Of a DNA stretch of 64,000 bases, positions 50,849 to 60,746 are shown one piece after another. Origin of the DNA: an uncultured Clostridia bacterium (GTDB taxonomy: Bacteria > Bacillota > Clostridia > Christensenellales > UBA3700). Each line of letters begins with the position of its first letter. Position 1 is the first letter of the stretch. Location: contig CALWKO010000001.1 of NCBI GenBank assembly GCA_944381275.1, positions 25,342 through 89,341 of the forward strand, read 5' to 3'. The notes under the pieces were generated by a model, which worked only from the letters and a program-made list of their open reading frames with translations, was not told where the DNA came from and searched no databases. A program made the translations under genes and the position numbers.

Positions 50849-52663
50849 ATGATAAAGACATTGGCAAAAAGTATTCGAGAATACAAAAAAGCCAGCATTT
50901 TGACGCCTACCATGGTTTCGCTTGAAGTCATCCTGGAAGTGCTCATTCCGTTCATCACGGCGGATTTGATCACCTATATGCAGACTTACGGCGAAAATAT
51001 GGATATCACGCGCATAATTATTTACGGCGTGATACTTGTCGTCATGGCAATGGCTTCGCTGGTTTCGGGTATGCTCTCCGGCAAGTTCTGCGCAACGGCT
51101 TCCACCGGGTTTGCGAAGAATCTGCGCCACGATATGTATTACCGCATTCAGCAGTATTCTTTTGAAAACATCGACAAGTTCTCTACGTCCTCGCTCATCA
51201 CCCGTATGACCACCGACGTAACCAACGTGCAGATGGCTTACATGCTGATAATAAGGATTGCCGTGCGCACCCCGCTCATGCTGATATGCTGCCTGGCGAT
51301 GACCTTTGCGGTCAACGTTTATATGGCGCTTATCTACCTGGTGGTGGCGCCCATTATGGGTCTTGCGCTCATGCTCATCGCCTTCAAGGTGAAGCCCATA
51401 TTCACCAAGGTGTTCAAAAAGTACGACGCCATGAACGAGAGCGTGCAGGAAAACGTGCGCGGCGCCCGCGTGGTGAAGGCTTATGTGCGTGAAGATTACG
51501 AGAAGGAAAAGTTCGGCAAGAAGGCGGACGACATCAAAAAAGACTTCCTGCGCGCGGAAAAAATCCTCGCCCTCAACACCCCTATCATGCAGTTTGCAAT
51601 TTACGCATTCATGCTGATAGTGGCGATCTTGGGCGCGCTCTTGGTGGTGAACAGCAGCAACGGCACCGTTTCCACCACGTTCGGCACGCTGGAAGTGGGC
51701 GACATTTCCTCGCTCATCTCCTACGCCTTCATGATGCTGCAAAGCCTGATGATGCTGGCGATGATAGCGGTGATGGTCTCCATGGCGGTGACGAGCGCTC
51801 AGCGTATTAAGGAAGTGCTGGACGAACAGAGCACTCTGCACAACCCCGATGATCCCGAATATGAGGTCAAGGACGGCTCGATCACATTCGACGACGTATC
51901 CTTCTCTTACATCAACGACCCCAACAAGCTCTCCTTGTTCGACGTGAATTTGAGCATCCCCTCAGGCGCAACGGTGGGTATTTTGGGCAGTACGGGCTCT
52001 TCCAAATCCACGCTGGTGCAACTCATACCCCGCCTTTACGACACCACTTTGGGCAGCGTATACGTGGGCGGAAAGAACGTAAAGGATTACGACCTGGACA
52101 CCCTGCGCAACTCCGTGGCGATGGTGCTGCAAAAGAACACGCTGTTTTCCGGCACGATAAAGGAGAACATGCGCTGGGGTAACCTCAACGCCACCGACGA
52201 GGAGATAGAAGAAGCGTGCAAGCATGCGCAGGCGGATTCCTTTATTCAAGGCTTCCCCAAGAAGTACGACACATACATAGAACAAGGCGGCACGAACGTC
52301 TCCGGCGGTCAAAGGCAGAGGCTTTGCATAGCCCGCGCACTGCTGAAAAAGCCGAAGATAATCATCTTCGACGACTCCACTTCCGCGGTGGATACCAAGA
52401 CGGACGCGCTCATCCGCAAGGAATTAAAGGAGAATATCCCCGGCACGACCAAGATATTCATAGCTCAGCGTATCTCCTCCGTGCAGGACGCGGATATAAT
52501 CATAGTGATGAGCGGCGGTAAGATAGCCGCCATGGGCAAGCACGACGAACTGATGCAGTCCAGCCCCCTCTACCGCGAGATATACGAAGCGCAGGTGGGC
52601 GGCACCGCTGCGGAAAACGACACCCCCGTCAACACAAGTAAGGAGGGCGGAAAGAATGAATAA
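50849..52663 (+). CDS. ABC exporter, fused permease/ATPase subunit (heterodimer partner 1)
   Basis: Six-TM N-terminal half. Walker A GSTGSSKST, signature VSGGQRQRL, Walker B IIIFDDSTSAVD. I trimmed the start to MIKTLAK (ATG at 50849), which follows an AGGAGG. Confidence 0.9.
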   Translation: MIKTLAKSIREYKKASILTPTMVSLEVILEVLIPFITADLITYMQTYGENMDITRIIIYGVILVVMAMASLVSGMLSGKFCATASTGFAKNLRHDMYYRIQQYSFENIDKFSTSSLITRMTTDVTNVQMAYMLIIRIAVRTPLMLICCLAMTFAVNVYMALIYLVVAPIMGLALMLIAFKVKPIFTKVFKKYDAMNESVQENVRGARVVKAYVREDYEKEKFGKKADDIKKDFLRAEKILALNTPIMQFAIYAFMLIVAILGALLVVNSSNGTVSTTFGTLEVGDISSLISYAFMMLQSLMMLAMIAVMVSMAVTSAQRIKEVLDEQSTLHNPDDPEYEVKDGSITFDDVSFSYINDPNKLSLFDVNLSIPSGATVGILGSTGSSKSTLVQLIPRLYDTTLGSVYVGGKNVKDYDLDTLRNSVAMVLQKNTLFSGTIKENMRWGNLNATDEEIEEACKHAQADSFIQGFPKKYDTYIEQGGTNVSGGQRQRLCIARALLKKPKIIIFDDSTSAVDTKTDALIRKELKENIPGTTKIFIAQRISSVQDADIIIVMSGGKIAAMGKHDELMQSSPLYREIYEAQVGGTAAENDTPVNTSKEGGKNE

Positions 52664-54566
52664 GGTAACGCATAGCAAATCTTCCGCTATGGGGCAGCTG
52701 TTCAAAGCCCTGTTCAAGCACTATAAGGTGCACATGATATTCGTCATGCTGGGCATAATCCTCAGCGTTGCCGGTTCGGTGGGCAATATCCTGATGACGG
52801 AGAACGTGGTCAGCGAGATAGAGGCCATCCTTACGACCGTGCAAGCGGGCGGAAAGGCGGACTTTACAAGCCTTTTTGAGTTCATCAGCATAATCGGCGC
52901 GGTGTTCGCGGTGGCGGTTATAGGAGCGTTTATGTATACCCGCCTTATGGCGATCGTGACGCAGTCCTTCCTGGCGGATACGCGTAAGGCGATGTTCAAC
53001 AAGATGCAGTCCCTGCCCATACGCTTTTTCGACACGAACAAGACGGGCGACATAATGTCCGTTTACACCAACGACGTGGACGCGCTGCGCCAGATGATCT
53101 CGCAGAGCTTGCCGCAGGTGGTGCTTTCCGTGATCATGCTGCTGGCGGCGCTCATCATCATGCTGCTTTACAGTCTGTGGCTTTCGATAATCATCCTTGC
53201 GTGCGCGGTGATAATGGTGTTCATATCCAAGCACATCGCGGGCAAGTCGGTGAAGTACTTCGTACGCCAGCAAGATTCGCTCGGCAAAGTCAACGGCTAT
53301 ATAGAAGAATCCCTGCAGGGTCAGAAGGTCATCAAGGTGTTCGTGCACGAGCGCGAATCGGAAAAAGCCTTCGACGGCGTGAACGACGAACTCTTCCACT
53401 CTGCGGAGAAGGCGAACAAATACAGTAACATCTTAATGCCTATCTTGGCGAACGTGGGCAACTTGACTTACGTTATAATCGCCACAATCGGCGCGGTGTT
53501 TATCCTTTCGGACGTGACTAACATAAGCCTTAGGGGCAACATGGGCACGTTCAGCGTTTCCGTGGTGGTGATGTTCTTGCAGCTTGCAATGATGTTCTCC
53601 CGCCAGGTGGGTATGGTTTCGCAGCAGGTGAACTCCATAGCCATGGGTATTGCGGGCGCGCAGCGTATCTTCACCCTGATAGACGAAGAACCGGAGAAGG
53701 ACAACGGCTACGTCATGCTGGTGAACGCCAAGTACGACGAGAACGGCGAACTGACCGAGAGCGAAACGCGCACGGGGCTGTGGGCATGGAAGCACTACCA
53801 CAAGGCGACGAACACCACCACCTACCGCAAGCTGGAGGGCGACATCTACATCGAGCATATGGACTTCGGCTATACGCCCGACAAACTCGTTTTGAAGGAC
53901 ATCTCCCTGTACGCAAAACCCGGTCAGAAGGTGGCATTCGTGGGCGCTACGGGCGCGGGCAAGACGACCATCACCAACCTGATAAACCGCTTCTACGACA
54001 TAGACGACGGCAAGATCCGCTACGACGGCATAAACATCAACAAGATCAAAAAGCCCGACCTTAGGCGCAGCTTGGGCATGGTGCTGCAAGATACCAACCT
54101 GTTCACCGGCACTATCATGGAAAACATCCGTTACGGCAAGCTGGACGCCACCGACGAAGACTGCATCAAGGCGGCCAAGATAGCCAACGCCTACGACTTT
54201 ATCACCCGCCTGCCCGACGGCTTTAATACCATGCTGGAATCGGACGGCGCGAACTTGTCGCAAGGTCAGCGTCAGCTGCTCTCGATAGCACGCGCGGCGG
54301 TTGCGGACGCACCCGTTATGATAATGGACGAGGCGACCTCCTCCATCGATACGCACACGGAAAAACTCGTGCAGGACGGCATGGATAAGCTGATGGAAGG
54401 CAGGACGGTATTCGTCATAGCCCACCGCCTGTCCACCGTGCGCAACTCCGACGTGATAATGGTGCTCGACCACGGCAGCATAATCGAGCGCGGCACGCAC
54501 GAACAGCTCATCGCCAAGAAGGGCACTTACTATCAGCTCTACACCGGCGCGTTCGAGCTGGAATAA
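52656..54566 (+). CDS. ABC exporter, fused permease/ATPase subunit (heterodimer partner 2)
   Basis: Walker A GATGAGKTT, signature LSQGQRQLL, Walker B VMIMDEATSSID. It overlaps the partner gene by 8 nt. Confidence 0.9.
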   Translation: MNKVTHSKSSAMGQLFKALFKHYKVHMIFVMLGIILSVAGSVGNILMTENVVSEIEAILTTVQAGGKADFTSLFEFISIIGAVFAVAVIGAFMYTRLMAIVTQSFLADTRKAMFNKMQSLPIRFFDTNKTGDIMSVYTNDVDALRQMISQSLPQVVLSVIMLLAALIIMLLYSLWLSIIILACAVIMVFISKHIAGKSVKYFVRQQDSLGKVNGYIEESLQGQKVIKVFVHERESEKAFDGVNDELFHSAEKANKYSNILMPILANVGNLTYVIIATIGAVFILSDVTNISLRGNMGTFSVSVVVMFLQLAMMFSRQVGMVSQQVNSIAMGIAGAQRIFTLIDEEPEKDNGYVMLVNAKYDENGELTESETRTGLWAWKHYHKATNTTTYRKLEGDIYIEHMDFGYTPDKLVLKDISLYAKPGQKVAFVGATGAGKTTITNLINRFYDIDDGKIRYDGININKIKKPDLRRSLGMVLQDTNLFTGTIMENIRYGKLDATDEDCIKAAKIANAYDFITRLPDGFNTMLESDGANLSQGQRQLLSIARAAVADAPVMIMDEATSSIDTHTEKLVQDGMDKLMEGRTVFVIAHRLSTVRNSDVIMVLDHGSIIERGTHEQLIAKKGTYYQLYTGAFELE

Positions 54567-54581
54567 TCAAATACAACACAA

Positions 54582-54611
54582 AAGAGGAGGCCGCTTGACC
54601 TCCTCTTTTTT
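54582..54611. terminator. Bidirectional rho-independent terminator between the convergent ABC and LRR-lipoprotein genes
   Basis: AAGAGGAGG (54582-54590), 8-nt loop, CCTCCTCTT (54599-54607), then TTTT. An A-run on the other side serves the opposite strand. Confidence 0.8.
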
Positions 54612-54635
54612 ATTCCTTTACTTACCTTTTATTGC

Positions 54636-55691
54636 TTACGCCGCGGTGAAGGTGGTGAACAGATATTGCAAGGTGAACACGCTCTCCCCTATCGTTATCC
54701 TGTAATGGTTAGCGTCGGAGACTTGATAAGGTATGCCCTCAAGCGAGGTGGCGGGAGCGGGAGATGTGGATTGATAAGAAGCGTTGGCTTCGGAAAGTCC
54801 GTGGATGTGCGGTTCGGTCATCGTGCAGCCGATGGGATGGATGAGCCCGGAGAGCATCTCCAGCTGTTCCCCGTCGCTCAGCTTTATCCAATGTTCGAGC
54901 ACTTCCACGCTGTCTGCGGAAACTTCAAAGCGCATATCCTTGTCTACTTCAAAGGCTCCGTCCTCCACATAGATCTCCGCGGTGGCGTCCCGGAAGGATA
55001 CCCTGCTCATCTTCACGTTTGCAAACGCGCCCACGCAGATGCGGGTGACCGCCTCCGTGACGAACACGGTATTAATGCTCTTGTTGCAGGAAAATGCGCC
55101 CGGGGCGACGATATTCGCAGTAATCGTATATGTGTTTGCCGCCTGTTTTGCCGCGGGAACGAGGTAGAGGGTCACTTTGCCGTCGTTTCCCACGCCGTAT
55201 AAGCCGCCGTCCGAGCCGATGTAATAACAGCCGCGCTCACGGCTGTCCCCGCGCACGCTGATAACGGTGAGCTCGCTCATGCCGGCAAGAGCGTTATCCA
55301 TAAGGGTCACATTGGTGTAAGGAAAGTCCTCTATATCCTTCACAGTGCTGCCGGCAAAGGCGTTGGGGTAGATGGTGAGGCGCTCGAAGTCGTCGTCGAA
55401 TTCTATTTGATCGATGTCCGCGCCGGAAAATGCGTTTTCCGCGATTATGGTAACTTCCGCGTCTATGCCCAGCTCTTCGTCCACTATCTCGCTTAAGATC
55501 TTCAATCTTCTGCCGCCCTCGGGGTCGTAGCCCACTACGGTGGCGAATTGCCCGTCTATCTTATATTTCACACCCCCGGCGATCACCGTGCCGTCCTCGC
55601 CCACGCGCACGTCCACGCACGCGGAAAGCGCAATTCCGCACCCCAGCGAAAGCAGCAATATCACCGCCAAAGTTATAGCAAGTTTTCTCAT
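54636..55691 (-). CDS. Lipoprotein with BspA-type leucine-rich repeats (LRR_5-like)
   Basis: The signal MRKLAITLAVILLLSLGCGIALSAC has a canonical LSAC lipobox. Repeated ..I...AF....L..V motifs: IAENAFSGADI, IYPNAFAGSTV, LMDNALAGMSEL, VAPGAFSCNKSI, ICVGAFANVKM, VEDGAFEVDKDM. Confidence 0.7.
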   Translation of the reverse strand: MRKLAITLAVILLLSLGCGIALSACVDVRVGEDGTVIAGGVKYKIDGQFATVVGYDPEGGRRLKILSEIVDEELGIDAEVTIIAENAFSGADIDQIEFDDDFERLTIYPNAFAGSTVKDIEDFPYTNVTLMDNALAGMSELTVISVRGDSRERGCYYIGSDGGLYGVGNDGKVTLYLVPAAKQAANTYTITANIVAPGAFSCNKSINTVFVTEAVTRICVGAFANVKMSRVSFRDATAEIYVEDGAFEVDKDMRFEVSADSVEVLEHWIKLSDGEQLEMLSGLIHPIGCTMTEPHIHGLSEANASYQSTSPAPATSLEGIPYQVSDANHYRITIGESVFTLQYLFTTFTAA

Positions 55692-55810
55692 GTCAATTCC
55701 TCCTGCTTATATGTATTATATATAAAAATACGCGGCAAGTCAATACGCAAATTTTACTTTTGCCCCGTCCCCGCTTCTTTTGCGCGCCCGATGACGAAAA
55801 TATTTTTAAA

Positions 55811-55847
55811 GTAAAAGCGGCGGCTTGCACGCCTTGGCAAACCGCCG
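55811..55847 (-). terminator. Probable terminator of the MFS gene
   Basis: On the minus strand, CGGCGGTTTGC-CAAGGCGT-GCAAGCCGCCG (one G-U pair) is followed by CTTTTACTTT. The U-tract is modest. Confidence 0.45.
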
Positions 55848-55877
55848 TATAATTATACGAGATTTTTGAATATATAT

Positions 55878-57344
55878 TTATTCTTCTTTCTTGTCTTCCG
55901 CCGTGCCGTCTGCGCTGTTTTCTTCATCGAACGAAGCGCTTTCGCCTTGCGGGGAGGCGGCGTTTTCCTCCGCGGCTTGTTCGCCCTCTTGTTCGAGCAA
56001 GGCTTTTTGTTCGGCTTGAGCAGCCTCGGTCACCTGCTTGCGCAGGCGGTCGGCGTCCTTCCTCACAAAGATGATGGGGATAACGGCGAGCGCCGCCACG
56101 ATAGCCGCGGCAAGGAATATTTCAAAGGGCGGCGAGGCGATGCCCGAATCGTGCGCGTCAAAGGAATTTATGCCTATGGCAAGGGAGATGACGGGACCTA
56201 TCACCATGGGGATGAGCACGGTGAAGAGCATCCTTACGCCCTGGAACCTGCCTTCATACCCCTTGGGGATGTAATCCTGGAAGGCGGACATTAGGCCGCC
56301 CGACGTGCACAGCATAGAGCCGAGCATTATCGTGCCGCCCACATAGAGCATGGGCAGATACGCGCTCTGCCCCATGAATTTAGCGAGATATACGAGCAAG
56401 GTTCCCACCACAACCACACACACCAGGGGGATATAAAAATTCTTTCTTCCGAACTTGTCGAACAAAAAGCCCATCACGCCCGTGATTATGGCGGAGAGCA
56501 CTATCACCACCGCGAGCGGCAGCATATAATCCGTTATGCCCAAAGTCACCGTGATGAAATTGATGAGGTAGGACATAAATGTCTGCTGTGCGATGCCCAC
56601 GAGCCCGAGGGCGGCGAGCGCGACATACATATATTTATTTTGCTTTGCCACGCTCGGTTTGAAGCCGTAGAATATATCGGAGAATTTGCGCATATCCGAG
56701 CGCACTATGTCGGGCGCGTCCTTCACCAGGAATATCGAGCCTATGCCGCACAGTATGGGGATTATGCCGATGATTATGAAGAAGAGCGAATAGCTGCCCT
56801 TGTCGTAGGTGAACATGGCGACGAGTATCGCGACCACCGTGGCGAGCACGGGCATTATCTGCAAAATGGTGTTCACAAGTCCGCGGTTGGTGCCGTCGGT
56901 GACGTCGGTAATCCACGCGTTGAACGCCGCGTCGTTGGCGGTGGAGCCGGCAAATGTCATCACGCAGTCGAAGATGACGAGCAAGGCGATGATGAGCGCG
57001 CTTTTGCCCGAATCGAAGTCCACCGGGATGACGGCAAAGAGCATTATGGTTACGCCCCACACCAGATAGCCCGCGGTGATGAGCACCTTGCGCTTGCCTA
57101 TTTTATCGCTGAACGCACCCGCGAAAATGGTGGTGACCGTTGCCGTTATGGCGGAAAGGATCACCATAAGCGTGGTGGCTATGTAATAGTTGTTGCCGAA
57201 TTTGCTCACGTCCTCGAACAGGTCCTGGGCGAAGGTGGCAAAATACATGTTCTCGATTATCCATGCAATCTGCCCTACGAGTCCGCATATAAGCACGCTC
57301 GCCCATATCCTGCCGGAAAGGCGCGTGGATTTGGATTTTATCAT
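55878..57344 (-). CDS. MFS-type transporter (12 TM helices) with an acidic C-terminal tail
   Basis: Hydrophobic multi-pass profile with the loop motif FSDKIGKRKVLI between TM2 and TM3. The substrate cannot be inferred. Confidence 0.75.
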   Translation of the reverse strand: MIKSKSTRLSGRIWASVLICGLVGQIAWIIENMYFATFAQDLFEDVSKFGNNYYIATTLMVILSAITATVTTIFAGAFSDKIGKRKVLITAGYLVWGVTIMLFAVIPVDFDSGKSALIIALLVIFDCVMTFAGSTANDAAFNAWITDVTDGTNRGLVNTILQIMPVLATVVAILVAMFTYDKGSYSLFFIIIGIIPILCGIGSIFLVKDAPDIVRSDMRKFSDIFYGFKPSVAKQNKYMYVALAALGLVGIAQQTFMSYLINFITVTLGITDYMLPLAVVIVLSAIITGVMGFLFDKFGRKNFYIPLVCVVVVGTLLVYLAKFMGQSAYLPMLYVGGTIMLGSMLCTSGGLMSAFQDYIPKGYEGRFQGVRMLFTVLIPMVIGPVISLAIGINSFDAHDSGIASPPFEIFLAAAIVAALAVIPIIFVRKDADRLRKQVTEAAQAEQKALLEQEGEQAAEENAASPQGESASFDEENSADGTAEDKKEE

Positions 57345-57427
57345 AATTTTCCCTCCGAATTATCTACTTAAATAATATACCTAATCTTTACATTTTTCAA
57401 GAGGGAATTTTTATTGCGTAAGAAAAA

Positions 57428-57775
57428 TTAAGGGCGAATAAGCTCTATACCCACAACGCCGTATCTCTCCTGCTCTGCCAAGGAGTAGTATTTCAGCATA
57501 TCATCCGCACTCGCGCTTGCCGCGTTTTCCGCGGTGTATCCGCATTTAATCAAATCAAGCGAGGAGTACAGCTTTTCAAAATTTTCAAAGACGTGAAGGG
57601 CTTTGATAATGCAAGCCAGCCTTTCGCCCGTCTGCCGACATATAAATACGACGCGATCGCCTGCCCGCAGGCTTCGCCGTTTTTCGTCATAGAGTCTAAG
57701 CTCTATCGTCTTATTTCCGCTCTTTATCATTTCAAACGGAATCGGGTCGAGCCGCATTTCCTTATATTCTGCCAT
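57428..57775 (-). CDS. ASCH-domain protein (PUA-like fold)
   Basis: MRLDPIPFEMIKSGNKTIELRLYDEKRRSLRAGDRVVF fits the ASCH N-terminal consensus. Length is 115 aa. Confidence 0.7.
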   Translation of the reverse strand: MAEYKEMRLDPIPFEMIKSGNKTIELRLYDEKRRSLRAGDRVVFICRQTGERLACIIKALHVFENFEKLYSSLDLIKCGYTAENAASASADDMLKYYSLAEQERYGVVGIELIRP

Positions 57776-58529
57776 AGTACAAGTGCGTTTGGATGTGCTC
57801 CACGTATTTGCCGAAGGAGGAGTATTTTTTAAAGTGTTCTTTTAACGCGGCGACGTACTCGCCGTACTTTTCATCCCCCTCTTTTAAGGCATAAGATGAG
57901 GTGAGCCTGCGCCCGACAAATTCTTCTTCGGTATAGGAGAAAGCGCCGTTTTCAAAGCGCATTTTGCTGTATCCGTCCTTGAAAAATTCGCGCAAGGAGG
58001 AGTTGTCGCCGTTGAATATTCCGCCCGAACGCCCCTTGAAGTTGTGGGCGCAGTACTTCAAATCGAGCGCATAGAGCGCCTGCTCCGCCTCGTCCCTGTC
58101 GCGCATGTTCCAAATGAGCGCGACGACGCCGCCCTCTTTCAAGATCTTCTTGCAGCAGGCGTAAAACGCCGCCGCATCGAACCAATGGAACGCCTGCGCC
58201 GCCGTTATCAAGTCCACGCTCTTTTCGGGGAGAGGGATGTCCTCCGCGGGCGAAGGGATGAGCTTGAAGTTGGGCAAATCCCCGTAAGTTTGACTGAGCA
58301 CGCGCGCCATATCCGCGTTGGGCTCCACGCAAAGGGTTGTCACTTTTCTGCTTAGAAAGCCCTTTGCAAACTTGCCCGTGCCCGCGCCCACGTCCGCGAC
58401 TACGCCGCCGTAGGGCAGATAATATTTGCATAAATATTCATATAATTCATCGGGATAATCGGGGCGGTACTTTTGATAGATGTCCGCTTTACCCGTAAAT
58501 TTTTGCGTGTTAGGGCGGGAATTTTCCAT
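57762..58529 (-). CDS. Class I SAM-dependent methyltransferase
   Basis: Motif I VADVGAGTGKF, followed by the acidic post-I residue and AAQAFHWFD. Confidence 0.8.
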   Translation of the reverse strand: MENSRPNTQKFTGKADIYQKYRPDYPDELYEYLCKYYLPYGGVVADVGAGTGKFAKGFLSRKVTTLCVEPNADMARVLSQTYGDLPNFKLIPSPAEDIPLPEKSVDLITAAQAFHWFDAAAFYACCKKILKEGGVVALIWNMRDRDEAEQALYALDLKYCAHNFKGRSGGIFNGDNSSLREFFKDGYSKMRFENGAFSYTEEEFVGRRLTSSYALKEGDEKYGEYVAALKEHFKKYSSFGKYVEHIQTHLYYGRI

Positions 58530-58632
58530 ATTTCTTCTCCTTTTTAGCCCATTATATCACGGGCGAAAAAATTTTTCAATACCCCCATCATATCGTTTTA
58601 CATACTCCCTTCTTAGTGCTATAATTAGCGGC

Positions 58633-59661
58633 ATGGGCGACTTATACTTGAAAACATTGATAATAATGCTGGTGCTTTCGGCATTTATAATACCGGGATT
58701 TATCCTTAGAAAGATAAAGATGCTCTCGAACGAATCCACCGATTCTTTGAGCACCATTTTGCTTTACGTCTGTCAGCCTATGCTGATAATCAACTCCCTG
58801 TGCGTATTCGAAGAGCAAGACTGGGCGCTCATTCAGTCCATGTCTAAGGTGAGCCTTTTGTGCGACTTTGCCATAGTCATGGCGGTTTCCACGGTGGCGT
58901 TTTTACTGCTCTTCGGCATATGCAAGCTGATATTCATCAAATATCAAAACAAGACGGCGGCGGGCATATATTCCTTTATCACCCTCTTTTCCAACTGCGG
59001 ATTTATCGGCGTGCCTTTTATTGAGATGTTTTCCGATCACAACCCGCTTGCGAGCGTGTATGTGATGGTCTTTAACATAGTGTTCTGCGTGTTCAGCTGG
59101 ACGGTTGGCGTATACTTCATAACGGGTGACAGGAAGGAGATATCCTTCAAAAAAGTCATTCTAAACCCCACGATAGTGGCGAGCATAATCGCGCTTATAC
59201 TCTTCTTCGTGCCCGAGATAAACTTCTTTATGTTTGAGGAGATAGAGGAAATAAAGGTGTTCCCGCAATATCTTGCCTACACCACCACGCCCGTTTCCAT
59301 GCTGATAGTGGGCATTAGGATAGCCGACATGACCGCGCGCGACATATTTGCCAAGCCCATGGCGTACTTTGCGGGCGCGCTCAGACTGCTGCTCGCCCCC
59401 GCCGTTACGCTGTGCGTGGCGCTGGCGTTCTTTGCGATAATCAAGGCGATAAACCCCGCGGCTGTGAGTCAGGATTACGCCTTTCTCGCGCCGATAATTT
59501 CCATGGCGATGTCCCCGGCGGCTTCGGTAGTGGCGATGAGTACGCGCTTTAAGGGTGACACCGCTCTTTCCGCCACCACGTTCGTAACCGCCACGCTTAT
59601 AAGCATAGTGATAATACCGCTCACCGCCTCGGCGGCAATGAGCATTTGGGGAATGCTGTAA
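58633..59661 (+). CDS. AEC (auxin efflux carrier) family permease
   Basis: A 10-TM-like profile of about 342 aa with a central loop, typical of the family. I moved the start to MGDLYLKTLIIM (ATG at 58633) because the upstream 51 codons of the track ORF run into the divergent promoter region. Confidence 0.7.
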   Translation: MGDLYLKTLIIMLVLSAFIIPGFILRKIKMLSNESTDSLSTILLYVCQPMLIINSLCVFEEQDWALIQSMSKVSLLCDFAIVMAVSTVAFLLLFGICKLIFIKYQNKTAAGIYSFITLFSNCGFIGVPFIEMFSDHNPLASVYVMVFNIVFCVFSWTVGVYFITGDRKEISFKKVILNPTIVASIIALILFFVPEINFFMFEEIEEIKVFPQYLAYTTTPVSMLIVGIRIADMTARDIFAKPMAYFAGALRLLLAPAVTLCVALAFFAIIKAINPAAVSQDYAFLAPIISMAMSPAASVVAMSTRFKGDTALSATTFVTATLISIVIIPLTASAAMSIWGML

Positions 59662-59662
59662 G

Positions 59663-59836
59663 TCAGTCGGACTTGCGATCGTCCGTATCTGACGGCATCA
59701 AGCGCTCTATCAGTTCTTCCCGCTCTTTAAGCAGCTTTTCGTAGTCGAAATACCCCGGTTTTTTCGGGGTATCGCTTATTGAGGCTATCTCCTCTTCCGT
59801 AAAGCCGCAGTCGCTTAAAAAATCGTATTCGTTCAT
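59663..59836 (-). CDS. Hypothetical small acidic protein (57 aa)
   Basis: Its ATG shares one base with the TGA of the upstream 78-aa gene (TGATG). The product is MNEYDFLSDCGFTEEEIASISDTPKKPGYFDYEKLLKEREELIERL... I recognise no family. Confidence 0.5.
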   Translation of the reverse strand: MNEYDFLSDCGFTEEEIASISDTPKKPGYFDYEKLLKEREELIERLMPSDTDDRKSD

Positions 59837-60072
59837 CAATAGTCGCCGCAATCGCCCGTGCCGTCGAAATTGCCGCAGCCGTCGTCATAACCGCCGAAAT
59901 CGTCGAAATGACTGCCGCAGTCGGTCGTGCCGTCGGTGCCGTCGTAGGGGGTTTTCTTGAACTCGTCCATATCGTCGAAAAGCAGGGCGTCGCGCATGTC
60001 CACGTCGCCGTCGTGATCCCAATCGGGTGTGAGAAAGACGTCCTTCAAAAAGTTGAAATCGTCGTCGCTCAT
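59836..60072 (-). CDS. Hypothetical small acidic protein (78 aa) with a canonical EF-hand calcium-binding loop
   Basis: A TAGGAGGT RBS is present. DWDHDGDVDMRD matches D-x-D-x-D-G-x-V-D-x-x-D. The C-terminus is D/G/C-rich: TDCGSHFDDFGGYDDGCGNFDGTGDCGDY. Confidence 0.55.
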   Translation of the reverse strand: MSDDDFNFLKDVFLTPDWDHDGDVDMRDALLFDDMDEFKKTPYDGTDGTTDCGSHFDDFGGYDDGCGNFDGTGDCGDY

Positions 60073-60101
60073 AGTAATTTTTACCTCCTAGGTTTTAATT
60101 T

Positions 60102-60130
60102 ACTATATTTTACTTCCTCTAATATGACAA
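60102..60130 (-). promoter_or_regulatory. Candidate promoter of the small acidic gene pair
   Basis: The minus strand reads TTGTCA (60130-60125), 17 nt, then TATAGT (60107-60102). Confidence 0.4.
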
Positions 60131-60155
60131 TATCATTCATGTTTGAAAAAATTTT

Positions 60156-60698
60156 TCAACTTTTGTAGTCGGCAAGCGCGGCAATGACCAGCCTTTGCCC
60201 CGCGTCGTCGTAGAGCGTTCTCCAATACGTTACCCCCGCTTGATTGGTGCCCTGCTCCGTCCAAACGCCCCGCTCCGCCGCCTCCGGTGAAGCCACATAG
60301 CGCGGACTGCCGCCCGGATTGTCTATCAAAATGCCCTTGCTCTTCAAAAGTGCGCACACCTTTTCGAACGACGGCTTTTTGCATTCGGGGAACGCCTCGT
60401 GCACGTTGTTCAAAATCACGCTGAGCGCGATGGGGCGCACGCTGATATTCACCTTTGCCGCCTTCTCCTCATCGTATACGAAGTCGCCCTTTTTGGGCTT
60501 GCTCGGCTTGCCGGAAACCACTCCGCCGTTTGCGATCACCTTTTTGAGTATGTCGTTCACATAATAAAGGCACCTGACGATGCGCACGTTGTTGAGCACG
60601 GAATCGTCGTTTATCGCGCTGCCGTCCAGCGGATTTTCACCGTTTGCCAACCTTTCGATATACGATTGGGCGTGCTTTAAAATTTCTATCTCTTCCAT
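60156..60698 (-). CDS. Hypothetical protein (180 aa), family not recognised
   Basis: Clean ORF 48 nt downstream of the GH3 gene. The composition looks protein-like (MEEIEILKHAQSYIERLANGENPLDGSAINDDSVLNNVRIVRCLYYVNDILKK...). Confidence 0.55.
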   Translation of the reverse strand: MEEIEILKHAQSYIERLANGENPLDGSAINDDSVLNNVRIVRCLYYVNDILKKVIANGGVVSGKPSKPKKGDFVYDEEKAAKVNISVRPIALSVILNNVHEAFPECKKPSFEKVCALLKSKGILIDNPGGSPRYVASPEAAERGVWTEQGTNQAGVTYWRTLYDDAGQRLVIAALADYKS

Positions 60699-60746
60699 AA
60701 TTTCTCCCTTGCAATTGTACTTTATTACATTATATAATATCCGCGC

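Noticed and set aside
50798-54500. Minus-strand His/Arg-rich ORFs (50798-51841, 52629-53399, 53433-54500) across the ABC exporter genes.
   Set aside because: They are antisense to two ORFs carrying complete Walker A, signature and Walker B motifs. Their composition is typical of antisense artefacts.
58480-58632. The N-terminal 51 codons of the track ORF for the AEC transporter.
   Set aside because: This extension overlaps the divergent methyltransferase start and promoter region and adds a non-hydrophobic, unconserved-looking leader. The family-typical N-terminus begins at the ATG at 58633.
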